64,000 nucleotides of DNA from an uncultured Thermoleophilia bacterium (GTDB taxonomy: Bacteria > Actinomycetota > Thermoleophilia > Solirubrobacterales > 70-9): positions 18,195 through 82,194 of the forward strand of contig CAWIPX010000005.1 of assembly GCA_963838145.1 (NCBI GenBank), read 5' to 3'. The notes under the pieces were generated by a model, which ran no database searches, was not told the origin of the DNA, and saw only the letters and a list, made by a program, of their open reading frames with translations. This document shows positions 10,118 through 20,425 of the stretch, in pieces. Every line of letters starts with the position of its first letter. Within the stretch, counting starts at the first letter, position 1. The position numbers were made by a program, and so were the translations under genes.

Positions 10118-10188
10118 GGAAGCGGGAGGGACTCGAACCCCCACCGAGAGCTTGGAAGGCTCTTGTTTAACCGTTACGACACGCCCGC
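10118..10188 (-). tRNA. tRNA-Gly(UCC)-like gene with a non-pairing acceptor stem (likely pseudogene)
   Basis: The 5' end GCGGGCGTG, anticodon arm AGAGC-CTTCCAA-GCTCT and T arm GGGGG-TTCGAGT-CCCTC are good. The 3' strand CCGCTTC cannot pair with GCGGGCG, and the D stem is weak. Confidence 0.5.
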
Positions 10189-10261
10189 GCCTCATTGCAT
10201 TCTAGGTGCGGGGAGCTGTCCGGCCCTATTGGCAGGATATCGAACATACGTTCGCTGAAAC

Positions 10262-11023
10262 ATGCGCTCCCTGGATGAAGTCTCCGCTGTCCTGACGCTC
10301 GTGAAGCGGGGACTCAATGACTGCGAGATCTCGAGAGAGCTCGGGATCCCCCGCCGCACGATTAACCAGTGGAGGCACGGACGCACCCCTGGCAGACATC
10401 CTCGCCGGGCGGCCGACGGCGGGCCATCCGCACCCTGTCCGATCTGTTCCCTCAATGCGGAGAGTCTGCCGGAGTCCGAATACGCCTTCGTGTTCGGGCT
10501 CTACCTCGGAGACGGGTGCATCTCGAAGGGTCCTCGGACTTTCGCGATCCGCTTCGCGCTGGATGCGCGATACCCGCAGCTCGTCGAAGCGTGTGCCCGA
10601 TCTCTCGAGGCCATAAGAGCGGAAAAGAGGTCGTGGCGCGGGCGACGGCGCAACAGTCGATGCGTTGACGTGGTCATGTGCTGGAACCACTGGCCCTGCC
10701 TATTCCCGCAGCACGGGCCGGGGCGAAAACATTTGCGTCCCATCGTCCTCGCGCCATGGCAGGAGGAAATCGTGACTCGCGAGCGGAAAGCGTTCATTCG
10801 GGGCCTGATCCATAGCGACGGGTGCCGGATCGTCGCCAATGACCGCGGCGTAGCAAGCGTCCGCTATCACTTCTCGAACCTGTCCGAGGACATCAAGCGG
10901 ATTTACTGCGAGAGCCTGGATGCGGTTGGCGTCCGCTGGACGCGCCCCTGCTCGCAACAGATCGCCGTCTACCGCAAGGCTTCCGTGGCGATTCTGGACA
11001 GCTTCGTAGGGCCCAAACGCTGA
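10262..11023 (+). CDS. Free-standing double-motif LAGLIDADG homing-endonuclease-like protein with an N-terminal HTH
   Basis: Two LAGLIDADG-type motifs, FVFGLYLGDGCIS and FIRGLIHSDGCRI, about 95 residues apart. The N-terminus reads LNDCEISRELGIPRRTINQWRHG. Intact ORF with lower GC than its neighbours. Confidence 0.7.
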   Translation: MRSLDEVSAVLTLVKRGLNDCEISRELGIPRRTINQWRHGRTPGRHPRRAADGGPSAPCPICSLNAESLPESEYAFVFGLYLGDGCISKGPRTFAIRFALDARYPQLVEACARSLEAIRAEKRSWRGRRRNSRCVDVVMCWNHWPCLFPQHGPGRKHLRPIVLAPWQEEIVTRERKAFIRGLIHSDGCRIVANDRGVASVRYHFSNLSEDIKRIYCESLDAVGVRWTRPCSQQIAVYRKASVAILDSFVGPKR

Positions 11024-11063
11024 GCGCGAACAGGTACCGGTAGCGCTTGGCCGCCGGAGAATC

Positions 11064-11069
11064 TATGCT
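11064..11069 (+). promoter_or_regulatory. -10-like hexamer TATGCT, 6 nt before ATG 11076 (leaderless-type promoter)
   Basis: No Shine-Dalgarno sequence. A TANNNT hexamer sits at leaderless spacing. Confidence 0.4.
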
Positions 11070-11075
11070 GCGCAC

Positions 11076-11630
11076 ATGGCAGAGGCAAGGCCCGGCTATA
11101 TGGACGATGAAGCAAGGCCCGGCTACGAGCTGTGGCGGCCGAATCGCGTCAAGTCCGAGGCGAAGGTAACGAGGGTGCTCGTCGCGATCGTTCTACTGAT
11201 CTCGGCGGCGCTGATCCTGATCATCACGCTCGGCGGCTGGGAGCGGCTGCAGGGCGCGACGGTCGCCGTGATGGCGATCGTCTGGGCGGTGCTCTACATC
11301 GTCTTCGCCTTCCTCGTGCTGCGCTGGAACCGCGGCATCCTGCCGGTCGCGGCGGCGCTCGCGATCATCCTCGCGATCTTCGCGGTGGTAGCCGCGCCAG
11401 CCTGGTTCGCGCGCGACAAGGTGGGCCTCGACTCCCCGGCGCTCCCCGAGGAGCTCCTCGGGCTGCTGACGTTCCTCGTCGTCCCCGTCCAGCTCGCGCT
11501 GATCGCGATCGCGATGATCGGGTTCAACCAGAACTGGCACGTCGAGGAGGAGCGCCCCATCGGCGGCGGCGACTACGACGACGCCCCGCCGGACGCCGAC
11601 GAGCAGCGCCCCGCCGCCGCTCCTGCCTAG
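11076..11630 (+). CDS. Hypothetical membrane protein (4 TM helices)
   Basis: Intact 184-codon ORF with four clear hydrophobic helices and an acidic/Pro-rich tail. Confidence 0.6.
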   Translation: MAEARPGYMDDEARPGYELWRPNRVKSEAKVTRVLVAIVLLISAALILIITLGGWERLQGATVAVMAIVWAVLYIVFAFLVLRWNRGILPVAAALAIILAIFAVVAAPAWFARDKVGLDSPALPEELLGLLTFLVVPVQLALIAIAMIGFNQNWHVEEERPIGGGDYDDAPPDADEQRPAAAPA

Positions 11631-12304
11631 AAGAGCCGCAGCGGCGACTCGAGCAGGCCGGGCCCGTCGTTGTGGACGTCGTTGACCGCGTCCGTCACCT
11701 CGCGCGCCTGAAGCGCGTCCTCGGGCGCCGGCCGCAGCAGCGCCAGCAGGTCCTCGACGTCGGCCGAGGTGGAGAGCCATTCCTGCTCGGCGTCGGGATC
11801 GAGGATCACCGGCATGCGGTCGTGGATCGAGCGCATCAGGTCGTTCGGCTCGCAGGTCACGATCGCGCAGCTGAACACCGGGGTCCCGTTTCGCCCCGGA
11901 GCCTCGGCCCAGATGCCCGCGAACGCGAACAGGTCGTCGTCGGCGCGGTTGATCCACATCGGCTGCTTGCCCCGGTCGTCGGTGCGCCACTCGTAGAAGC
12001 CGTCGGCGGGCACGAGGCAGCGGCGCTCCCGAAACGACTCGCGAAACGCCGGCTTGGTGTCGAGCGTCTCCGCGCGGGCGTTGATCAGCGACTTGTGCGC
12101 CCCCGCCTCGCGGCCCGACATCAGCCCCCAGCGCAGCCGCCCGGCGTCGCGCCCTCCGTCGTCGCGCTCGCGGATCGCGAGCACGGGGTCGGTCGGTGCG
12201 ATGTTGAAGCGCGGCTCCTCCTCGAGCTGCAGCGACTCGTCGAGATCGAAGCGCCGCCGGAGTTTCGGCTGCGCGGTGGTCGTAAGGGTGAAGCGCCCGC
12301 ACAC
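11627..12304 (-). CDS. SOS response-associated peptidase (SRAP/YedK/HMCES family, DUF159)
   Basis: (M)CGRFTL N-terminus with the catalytic Cys2. Motifs: FNIAPT, LRWGL, INARAET, RRCLVPADGFYEW. Intact. Confidence 0.9.
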   Translation of the reverse strand: MCGRFTLTTTAQPKLRRRFDLDESLQLEEEPRFNIAPTDPVLAIRERDDGGRDAGRLRWGLMSGREAGAHKSLINARAETLDTKPAFRESFRERRCLVPADGFYEWRTDDRGKQPMWINRADDDLFAFAGIWAEAPGRNGTPVFSCAIVTCEPNDLMRSIHDRMPVILDPDAEQEWLSTSADVEDLLALLRPAPEDALQAREVTDAVNDVHNDGPGLLESPLRLF

Positions 12305-12311
12305 GCCCTGG

Positions 12312-12317
12312 AGGCTA
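12312..12317 (-). promoter_or_regulatory. -10-like hexamer TAGCCT, 7 nt before the SRAP start (leaderless-type)
   Basis: The minus strand reads AGATAGCCTccagggcGTG, with no SD. Confidence 0.4.
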
Positions 12318-12337
12318 TCTGCGTCGCAGGCGTGTCA

Positions 12338-12421
12338 TGCCGGAGGTGGGAATCGAACCCACACGCCCCGAAGGGCAATGGATTTTGAATCCATAGCGTC
12401 TGCCAGTTCCGCCACTCCGGC
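12338..12421 (-). tRNA. tRNA-Leu (anticodon CAA), long variable arm
   Basis: GCCGGAG/CTCCGGC acceptor stem, anticodon arm ATGGA-TTCAAAA-TCCAT, variable arm TGCCCTTCGGGGCGT, T arm GTGGG-TTCGATT-CCCAC. Confidence 0.93.
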
Positions 12422-12465
12422 TACCCGCAACCATAGTCTCGCCATCCGGCGATAATCCCCCGCCC

Positions 12466-13679
12466 GTGGAGGTCGCCGAACGCCTGGAGCTGATCCGCCG
12501 CCTGTGCTCTTTCGAGGGCAGGCGGGCCGGAACCGACGCCGAGCGCCGGGCCGCGAACGATCTCGCGCAGCGGCTGCGAGCCGGCGGCCGCAGGGTCGAC
12601 GTGCGAGCCGACCTACGTTCACCCCCAGTGGGCGCTGGTCCACGCGGCGCACTGCGCGCTCGCGATCGCCGGCGGGCTCGTGGCGCTCGAGTGGCCGGTG
12701 ATCGGCTTCGTGATCGTCCTGCTCACAGCCGTCTCGATGTACCTCGACCTCAACGGGCGCTTCTACCTGCTGCGCCGGCTCTTCTTTCGCCGCGCGTCCC
12801 AGAACGTCGTCGCCCGCGGCACGCGCGCCGACGCCCCCGCCCGCGTCGTCCTCTGCGCGCACTACGACGCCGCCCAGACCGGGCGCGCATACGACCCCGG
12901 CCCGTCGGGATTCATGGCGCGCCTGCAGCGCACGATCCCGCTTCCGCTCGGCCCTTTCCGATTCCTCTTCTGGTCGGCTCGCGCTGCTTCTCCCGGTGAT
13001 CGGAGCGCGGATGGCGGGCATCGAGGGCGACTGGGTGTCGGTCGATCCAGCTCCTCCCCACCCTCGTGCTGATGCTTGGCGCATTCCTGCTCGTCGACAT
13101 CGCGCTCTCCGGCGTCTCCCCCGGCGCCGACGACAACGCCTCCGGCGTCGCGACCGCGATCTCGCTCGCCGAGGAGCTCGAGTCGGACCCCCCGGCGAAC
13201 CTCGACGTCTGGGTTCTGCTGACCGGCGGCGAGGAGTGCCTCCAGGAGGGCATGCGCTCGCTTCCTGCGCGCGCATCGCGACGAGCTCGAGCGCGACTCG
13301 ACCTACTTCGTCTGCCTCGACACGGTCGGCGCCGGCGACGTGCGCTACGAAGCCGCTGCGGGCTGGGTCGTGACCTTCCCGATGGACAGCCACCTCGTCG
13401 GGCTCTGCGAGGCGATCGCGACGACCGACGGCGACCGGCCGCGCGCCCGCGCGCTGCGCGACGGCTACGGCGGCGACGGCGTGCTCGCGCGCACTCGCCA
13501 CTACCGCGCGACGACGATCACCTGCCTGCCGTCCGAGGGTCACGTCCCGGGCCAGCACACCCACCTCGACGTGCCCAGACCGCATCGACCCCGAGGCGCT
13601 CGAGCGCGCGCACGGCTTCGCGTTCGACCTCGTCCGCCTGCTCGACCGCGACGTCGGGCGTGCGCGGCCGGTGATATAA
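12466..13679 (+). CDS. Membrane-anchored M28-family metallopeptidase, multiply frameshifted
   Basis: Motifs spread over three frames: RRAGTDAERRAANDLAQRL, VVLCAHYDAAQTG, GADDNASGVATAISLAEEL, LLTGGEECLQEGMR, VCLDTVGAGD. GATAAT lies 9 nt before GTG 12466. Confidence 0.6.
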
Positions 13680-13687
13680 GCGCCGCC

Positions 13688-15682
13688 GTGGAGGAGGCGA
13701 CTACACCACAGAGCGGCGAGCTCCTCTGGGAGCCCTCGCCCGAGAGCATCGAGCGCTCCCAGATGACCGCGTTCATGCGCTGGCTCGCCGCCGAGCGGGG
13801 CGTCGAGCTCGAGGACTACCAGCGCCCTGTGGCGCTGGTCGGTGGACGAGCTCGAGGACTTCTGGGCCGCGATCTGGGACTACTTCGACGTCATCTCGTC
13901 GCAGCCGCGCCCCGACGTACTCGCCGAGCGGGTCATGCCCGGAGCCCAGCTGGTTCGCCGGAGCCGAGCTCAACTACGCCGAGCACGTCTTTCGCGGCAA
14001 GCCCGGCGGCGAGGTCGCCGTGCTGCACGCGTCCGAGCTTCGCGACCTCGACGAGATGACCTGGGACGAGCTGCGCGACGCCGTCGCACGAGGTCGCCGC
14101 GGGCCTGCGCAGCCTCGGCGTCGAGCGCGGCGACCGCGTCGTCGCCTATCTGCCCAACATCCCCGAGGCGCTGATCGCGTTCCTCGCCACGGCGAGCATC
14201 GGCGCGATCTGGTCGAGCTGCTCACCGGACTTCGGCGCCGGCAGCGTCGTCGACCGCTTCGCCCAGATAGAGCCGAAGGTGCTATTCGCGGTCGACGGCT
14301 ACCGCTACAACGGCCGCGACTTCGACCGCCTCGACGTCGTCGCCGGGCTCGAGGCCGAGATGCCGACCCTCGAGCGGACCGTCGTCCTCCCCTACCTCGA
14401 CTCGGCGCCGGACCTCGGGCGGCTCGCCAAGGGCCATGTCCTGGGACGACCTGCTCGCCGCCGGCGAGGGCGCCGAGCTCGAGTTCGAGCGGGTGCCCTT
14501 CGACCACCCGCTCTGGGTCCTCTACTCCTCCGGCACGACCGGCCTGCCGAAGGCGATCGTCCAGGGACACGGCGGGATCCTGCTCGAGCAGCTAAAGAAG
14601 CTCAACCTCCACGTCGACCTCCAGCGAGGGCGACCGGCTGTTCTGGTTCACCACCACCGGCTGGATGATGTGGAACTTCCTCGTCGGCGGACTGCTCACC
14701 CAGGCGGCGATCGTGCTCTACGACGGAAGCCCCGGGCATCCCGACATGGGCGTGCTGTGGGAGCTCGCGGCGCGCACCGGCGTCACCTGCTTCGGCGTCA
14801 GCGCGAGCTACGTCGCGGCGTGCATGAACGCGGGCGTCGAGCCCGGCGACGGCCGCGACCTCGGCGCCCTGCGCGCGATGGGCTCGACCGGCTCGCCGCT
14901 CTCCCCCGAGGGCTTCGACTGGATCTACGAGCACGTCGGCGACGACACATGGCTCTTCTCGACCAGCGGCGGCACCGACGTCTGCACCGCGTTCGTAGGC
15001 GGCGTCCCTACCCTGCCCGTCTACCGCGGCGAGCTTCAGGCGCGCGCGCTCGGCGCCGCCGTCGAGGCCTTCAACGAGGCCGGCGAGCCGGTCATCGACG
15101 AGGTCGGGGAGCTCGTGCTCACCGAGCCGATGCCCTCGATGCCGCTCTTCCTCTGGGGCGACGACGACGGGTCGCGCTACCACGACAGCTACTTCGACCA
15201 CTACCCCGGCGTGTGGCGCCACGGCGACTGGATCGAGATCACCTCGCGCGGCACAGCCGTGATCTACGGGCGCTCGGACTCGACGATCAACCGCCAGGGC
15301 GTGCGCATGGGGACGAGCGAGATCTACCGCGCCGTCCAGGCCGTCCCCCAGGTCGTCGACGCGCTCGTCGTCGACGTGCCCAGGCCCGGGACCGAGGGCT
15401 GGATGCCGCTCTTCGTCGTCCTCGACGAGGGCGTCGAGCTCGACGACGAGCTGAGCGCCGAGATCAAGCGCCGCATCCGCGAGCAGTGCAGCCCCCGCCA
15501 CGTCCCCAACGAGATCTTCCAGATCGACGAGGTGCCGCGAACCCTGAGCGGCAAGGTGCTCGAGATCCCGGTCAAGAGGATCCTCATGGGGACGCCCGGC
15601 CGACGAGGCCGCGAGCAGGGACTCGCTCGCGAACCCCGCTGCGCTCGACTACTTCACGGTGCTCGCGAAGAGCTCAACTTAG
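13688..15682 (+). CDS. aacS: Acetoacetyl-CoA synthetase, multiply frameshifted
   Basis: Motifs: LLWEPSPESIERSQMTAFMRWL, LWVLYSSGTTGLPKAIVQGHGG, WMMWNFLVGGL, STSGGTDVC, GRSDSTINRQGVRMGTSEIY, LSGKVLEIPVKRIL. At least six frame changes. Confidence 0.8.
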
Positions 15683-17320
15683 GCGTGCCGAGGGCGCTGA
15701 GCCCGGGCTGCGCGCGGCCTCGTAGGCCTCGCCGCCGCTCTTGTCGGCGCGCGTGGCGAACGCCTCGACGACCTCGGGCATGAACTGCGACCCGGCGTTT
15801 CGGCGCAGCTCCGCGATCGCGTCCTCCATCGACATGCCGGGCCGGTAGCTGCGGTCCGCCGTCATCGCCGCGTAAGCGTCGGCCACGGCGACGATCTGCG
15901 CCTCAACCGGGATCTGCCCGTCCCGGAGCCCCCGCGGGTAGCCGCTCCCGTCGACGCGCTCGTGATGGGCGTAGACCCAGTCGCTGACCGAGTCAAGGTC
16001 GGCGGTCGAGAGGATGCGCGCTCCGACCTCGGGGTGGTGTCTGATCTCGCTCCACTCGTCGTCGCTGAGCTCGCCCGTCTTCGAAAGCACCGCCTCGCGG
16101 AGCCCGATCGTGCCGATGTCGTGAAGCAGGCCCGCAAGGCTGATCTCCTCGACCTCCGCGACCGTGAACCCCATCGAGCGCGCGATCGACTCGCAGAAGC
16201 GCTCGACCGCGCGCGAGTGCCCCGGCGTGCCCTTGCGCCGGTCGATCGACTCCGCCATCGAGACGAGCGAGGCGAGGCGCGGGTTGGCGCGGCCGGCGCG
16301 CGCGCGGCGCGCGACGGCCATCGAGATCTCGTCCTCGCCGCGCCGGTAGACGATCGTCCGGTCGCGCCCCAGGTCCTTCGCCGCGTAGAGCGCGCGGTCG
16401 GCGGCGCGCAGCAGGTCGCTCGCCGTACCCCCGGACGCCGGAAATGTCGCGACGCCGCAGCTCGTGGTCAGCGGGCGCGGGTGCTCCGAGAAGGCCGCCT
16501 TGACCTCGCGCCGCAGGCGCTCGGCGAGCCGGTATGCCTCCTCCTCGCCGGCGTCGGGCGCGACGACCGCAAACTCCTCGCCGCCGAGACGCGCCACCAG
16601 GTCGATGCGCCGCGTCTGCTCCCCGAGAACGCGGGCGACCGTCCTCAGCGCCCGGTCGCCGGCGGCGTGGCCGAAGCGGTCGTTGATCTCCTTGAACCAG
16701 TCGAGATCCATCACGACGAGGCCCATCGGGCTGCCGCTTCGCACCGAGCGCTCGAGCTCGTGACCGAAGCGCTCCTCGAACTCGCGACGGTTCGAGAGCC
16801 CCGTCAGCACGTCGGTGCCCGCCGCGTCGACGAGCCGCGAGACGACGCGCTCGATCTGGCTGCGCAGCGCGACCAGGAGCACGCCGGAGACGACCAGCGT
16901 CCCGGCGCCCATCGCGAGGTAGAGGCCCGGCAGCGGCATCTCGCCGTCGTGGGCGAGCACGCTGAGGCCGAGGCAGAGGACGCAGAACGCGATCTGAAGC
17001 AGAGCCGTGCGAAGCCCGAAGAAGAAGCAGGCGACGAGCGCGACCCAGAAGTAGAACATCGAGTAGGCGCCGATCGCCAGCGGCCCCCGAGGTTGAGCAA
17101 CCCCGTCACGAGCAGCGCCCCGAGCACGGCGAGACGCCTGGAGCACCCACATGGGAAGCCGGTCGAAGGCGATCAGGAACCCGACGCTGGTCGCGTAGGC
17201 GACCAGGGCGACCGCGGCGATGCCGAGCGCATCGCGGTCGCCGGAGCCGGGAAGCAGCAGCGTGAGCAGCGCGAGCGTGCCGCCGGCGAAGAACAGATAG
17301 GCGTAGGTGCGGGCCATCAT
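15674..17320 (-). CDS. Membrane-anchored GGDEF diguanylate cyclase fused to an HD-GYP phosphodiesterase domain
   Basis: N-terminal TM helices. Motifs: LTGLSNRREF, DLDWFKEINDRFGHAAGD, RLGGEEFAV, then HSRAVE, LHDIGTIG, HHERVDGSGYPRG. A compensating pair of indels lies near 17090-17150. Confidence 0.85.
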   Translation of the reverse strand: MMARTYAYLFFAGGTLALLTLLLPGSGDRDALGIAAVALVAYATSVGFLIAFDRLPMWVLQASRRARGAARDGVAQPRGPLAIGAYSMFYFWVALVACFFFGLRTALLQIAFCVLCLGLSVLAHDGEMPLPGLYLAMGAGTLVVSGVLLVALRSQIERVVSRLVDAAGTDVLTGLSNRREFEERFGHELERSVRSGSPMGLVVMDLDWFKEINDRFGHAAGDRALRTVARVLGEQTRRIDLVARLGGEEFAVVAPDAGEEEAYRLAERLRREVKAAFSEHPRPLTTSCGVATFPASGGTASDLLRAADRALYAAKDLGRDRTIVYRRGEDEISMAVARRARAGRANPRLASLVSMAESIDRRKGTPGHSRAVERFCESIARSMGFTVAEVEEISLAGLLHDIGTIGLREAVLSKTGELSDDEWSEIRHHPEVGARILSTADLDSVSDWVYAHHERVDGSGYPRGLRDGQIPVEAQIVAVADAYAAMTADRSYRPGMSMEDAIAELRRNAGSQFMPEVVEAFATRADKSGGEAYEAARSPGSAPSARLS

Positions 17321-17522
17321 CGTCGGGTCCTTGGAGATGGGGAAGCCGGACTCGCTCGCGGCGGGCCACAGGAGCCGCTCCCGCAGACGGGCCTGCGGGA
17401 ACGCGGCCTCGTTCGGGGCGCAGAAGCTGGCATTTGGCTCTCACCCCCTATCGGCACTCGGCGCGCGTGCATTAGCGCGCAGGCAGCTGCCTGAGCGACC
17501 TGCAGCCGAGCGGCGTCGCTGG

Positions 17523-19050
17523 CTACGCGGGCGTGATCGGGTTGTGGCGCTCCGAGAAGCGCCGGTCCTTCGACTCCGCGTACGCGTAGCGCCGGATCAG
17601 CTCGGCGCGCAGGTCGTCGGGCTCGATCACCGCGTCGACGACCAGCTCGGAGGAGAGGTGGAGGATGTCGATGTCCTCGGCGTACTCGGCGCGCTTCGCC
17701 TCGACGAACTTGGCGCGCTCGGCCTCGTCCTCGATTTCCTGGATCTGGTTGAAGAAGACGGCGTTGATCGCCGCCTCGGGGCCCATCACGGCGATCGAGG
17801 CGGTCGGCAGCGCGATGCAGCAGTCCGGCTCGAAGGCCGGCCCCGCCATCGCGTAGAGCCCCGCGCCGTAGGCCTTGCGGACGATCACCGAGATCTTCGG
17901 GACGGTCGCCTCGGAGACGGCGCTGATCATCTTCGCCCCGTGGCGGATGATCCCCTGGCGCTCGACGTCGGTGCCGATCATGAAGCCGGGGACGTCGGCG
18001 AGGAAGAGCAGCGGGACGTTGAAGGCGTTCGCGGTCCAGATGAAGCGCGCCGCCTTGTCGGCCGAGTCGACGAACAGCACGCCGCCCTTGTACTTGGGCT
18101 GGTTGGCGACGATCGCGATCGGGCGGCCGTCGAGGCGCGCGAAGCCCACGACGACCTCCTTCGCCCAGCGCGCGTGGACCTCGAAGAACGAGCCCTCGTC
18201 GGTCAGCGCGTCGATCAGCTCGACGATGTCGAAGGCGGCCTTCTCGTCGGGCGGCACGATCTCCGACGGCTTTCGCTCGGCGCCCGGGTCGGCGGGAGGC
18301 GCCGGCGGCGGCGACTCGCGCCAGCTCGTCGGCATGTAGGACAGGTAGCGCTTCGCGACGTCGATCGCCTCCTCGTCGGAGGAGACGAGGAAGTGGCCGC
18401 AGCCCGAGACCGACGGTGTGCATCTTCGCCCCGCCCATCTCCTCGAGGCTGACGTGCTCGCCGATCACCATCTGCGCCATGCGCGGCGAGCCGAGGTACA
18501 TCGAGGCGTTGCCCTCGCGCATCACGACGACGTCGCAGAAGGCCGGGATGTAGGCGCCGCCGGCGGCGCTGGGGCCGAGCAGGACGCAGACCTGCGGGAC
18601 GCGGCCCGAGAGCCTGACCTCGTTGTAGAAGATCCGCCCCGCGCCGCGCCGGCCCGGGAACATCTGGACCTGGTCGGTGATCCGCGCCCCGGCGGAGTCG
18701 ACGAGGTAGACGAGCGGCACCTCGAGCGTCAGCGCGCGCTCCTGGATGCGGAGGATCTTCTCGACCGTCTTGGGGCCCCACGAGCCCGCCTTGACGGTCG
18801 GGTCGTTGGCCATCAGCGCGACCCTGCGGCCGCCGATCAGCGCCAGGCCGGTGACGACGCCGTCGGCGCCGAGGCCCTCCTTCTCCCAGTTGGCGAGCAG
18901 GCCCTCCTCGCCGAACGACTCGGGATCGACGAGCCGCGCGATCCGCTCGCGGACCGGGAGCTTGCCCTGGTCCTCGGTCTTTCGGTGATGGCGCTCGGGG
19001 CCGCCGGAGAGCGCCGCCTCGAGGGCGGCGGGAAGATCGTGTCCCTCGGA
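17523..19050 (-). CDS. Acyl-CoA carboxylase carboxyltransferase (beta) subunit, PccB/MccB-like; at least one frameshift near 18415; start approximate
   Basis: Motifs: KLPVRERIARLVDPESF, ANDPTVKAGSWGP, LVYLVDSAGARI, GPSAAGGAYIPAF, GGVLFVDSADKAARFI, PLLFLADVPGFMIG, RKAYGAGLYAM. Confidence 0.8.
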
Positions 19051-19052
19051 GC

Positions 19053-19940
19053 TCAGAGCCCGAGCTCGCTGGGAACGGGCTTCTCCCCCGAGTAGTCGTA
19101 GAAGCCCTGGCCGGACTTGCGCCCGTACATGCCCGCGGCAACCATCTTGCGCAGCGTAGGGGGCGGCGCGAAGCGGCGCTCGCGGAACTCGTCGAACATC
19201 ACCTCGGCGATCGACTTGGTCGTGTCGAGGCCGACGAAGTCGAGCAGCGTCAGCGGGCCCATCGGATGGTTGGCGCCCGCCTTCATCGCCGTGTCGATCT
19301 CCTCGATCGAGCCGAAGCCCTCCTCGTAGGCGCGGATCGCGTCGAGCATGTAGGGGACGAGCAGGCGGTTGACGATGAAGCCCGTCTTGTCCTTCGCGTG
19401 GACCGTCGTCTTGCCGAGCTTCTCGCCGACGTCGAAGCCGAGCTTAAGCGTCTCGTCGCTCGTCGTAACCGTCTGGACGACCTCGAGCAGCGGCATCACC
19501 TGGGCGGGGTTGAAGAAGTGCAGCCCGAGGAAGCGATCGGGGCGCGAAGTCGCGACCGCCTGGTCGATCACGGGCAGCGACGAGGTGTTGGTCGCGAACG
19601 TCGCGGCGTCGCCCGCGGCCGCGTCGACCTCGCGCCACATCTCGAGCTTCGCGTCGAGGTCCTCGGTGATCGCCTCGATCACGAGGTCCGAGCCCTGCAG
19701 GTCGCCGTAGTCGAGAGTCGGGGTGATGCGGCCGCGGATCGCGTCCGCGGCATCCTGCTCGAGCTTTCCCTTCTCGACGGCCTTCGCGAGCTGCTTGTCG
19801 ATCTTCGCGATGCCCTTGTCGAGCTTGTCCTGATCCACCTCCTTCACGACGACGTCCCACTCCGCCTGGGCGCAGATCTGGGCGATTCCGTGGCCCATGA
19901 GGCCACAGCCGACGACTCCTACTTTCTTTATGTCAGTCAC
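19053..19940 (-). CDS. hbd: 3-hydroxybutyryl-CoA dehydrogenase
   Basis: GTG start at 19940 (VTDIKKVGVVGCGLMGHGIAQ). Motifs: NTSSLPV, LGLHFFNPAQVMPLLEVV, GFIVNRLLVPY, MGPLTLLDFVGLD. Intact. Confidence 0.9.
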   Translation of the reverse strand: MTDIKKVGVVGCGLMGHGIAQICAQAEWDVVVKEVDQDKLDKGIAKIDKQLAKAVEKGKLEQDAADAIRGRITPTLDYGDLQGSDLVIEAITEDLDAKLEMWREVDAAAGDAATFATNTSSLPVIDQAVATSRPDRFLGLHFFNPAQVMPLLEVVQTVTTSDETLKLGFDVGEKLGKTTVHAKDKTGFIVNRLLVPYMLDAIRAYEEGFGSIEEIDTAMKAGANHPMGPLTLLDFVGLDTTKSIAEVMFDEFRERRFAPPPTLRKMVAAGMYGRKSGQGFYDYSGEKPVPSELGL

Positions 19941-19948
19941 GGCGCGGC

Positions 19949-19954
19949 AGCCTA
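19949..19954 (-). promoter_or_regulatory. -10-like TAGGCT, 8 nt before the hbd GTG (leaderless-type)
   Basis: Lies in the 37-bp divergent intergenic region. No SD. Confidence 0.4.
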
Positions 19955-19965
19955 CTGGCACGGGA

Positions 19966-19971
19966 TAGGAT
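19966..19971 (+). promoter_or_regulatory. -10-like TAGGAT, 6 nt before GTG 19978 (leaderless-type)
   Basis: Divergent partner of the hbd hexamer. No SD. Confidence 0.4.
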
Positions 19972-19977
19972 CGCGTC

Positions 19978-20425
19978 GTGGTGGAACCTCCGACCCCGAC
20001 GCTGATGGCCCTTTCGTCGGTCTCCGTGCGAGACGTCATGAGCCCCGGCGTGATCGCGATCCCGAGCGACACGACGGTCCGGGCGTGCGCCCAGACGATG
20101 TACGAGCGGCGCACCCACGCGGTGCTGGTGGTGGACCAGCGAAACCGCGAGCCGGCCGGCTGGGTCACGCACGAGGACGTGCTTCGCTACCTGCGCTCCG
20201 ACCCGTTCACGACGCTCGCGGGCGCAGTGATCTCGCCAGCAGCCCGCATACATCGATCCCGACGCCACCGTCGAGGAGGCGGCCGAGAAGATGGTCGCCG
20301 AGAGCACGAACCACCTGCTCGTCGGCTCGCCCGAGGTGATCGCGGAGGGCGTGCTGTCGAGCTGGGACCTCGTCGCCCACTACGCCCAGCCCTCGGGCCG
20401 CGGCGGCGGCGGCGAGATCGGCTAG
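19978..20425 (+). CDS. CBS-pair domain protein, one frameshift near 20235
   Basis: VRDVMSPGVIAIPSDTTVRACAQTMYERRTHAVLVVD is followed, in another frame, by YIDPDATVEEAAEKMVAESTNHLLV. Confidence 0.7.

Noticed and set aside
12335-13585. 416-codon minus-strand ORF
   Set aside because: It is antisense to the M28 peptidase gene and runs straight through tRNA-Leu (12338-12421).
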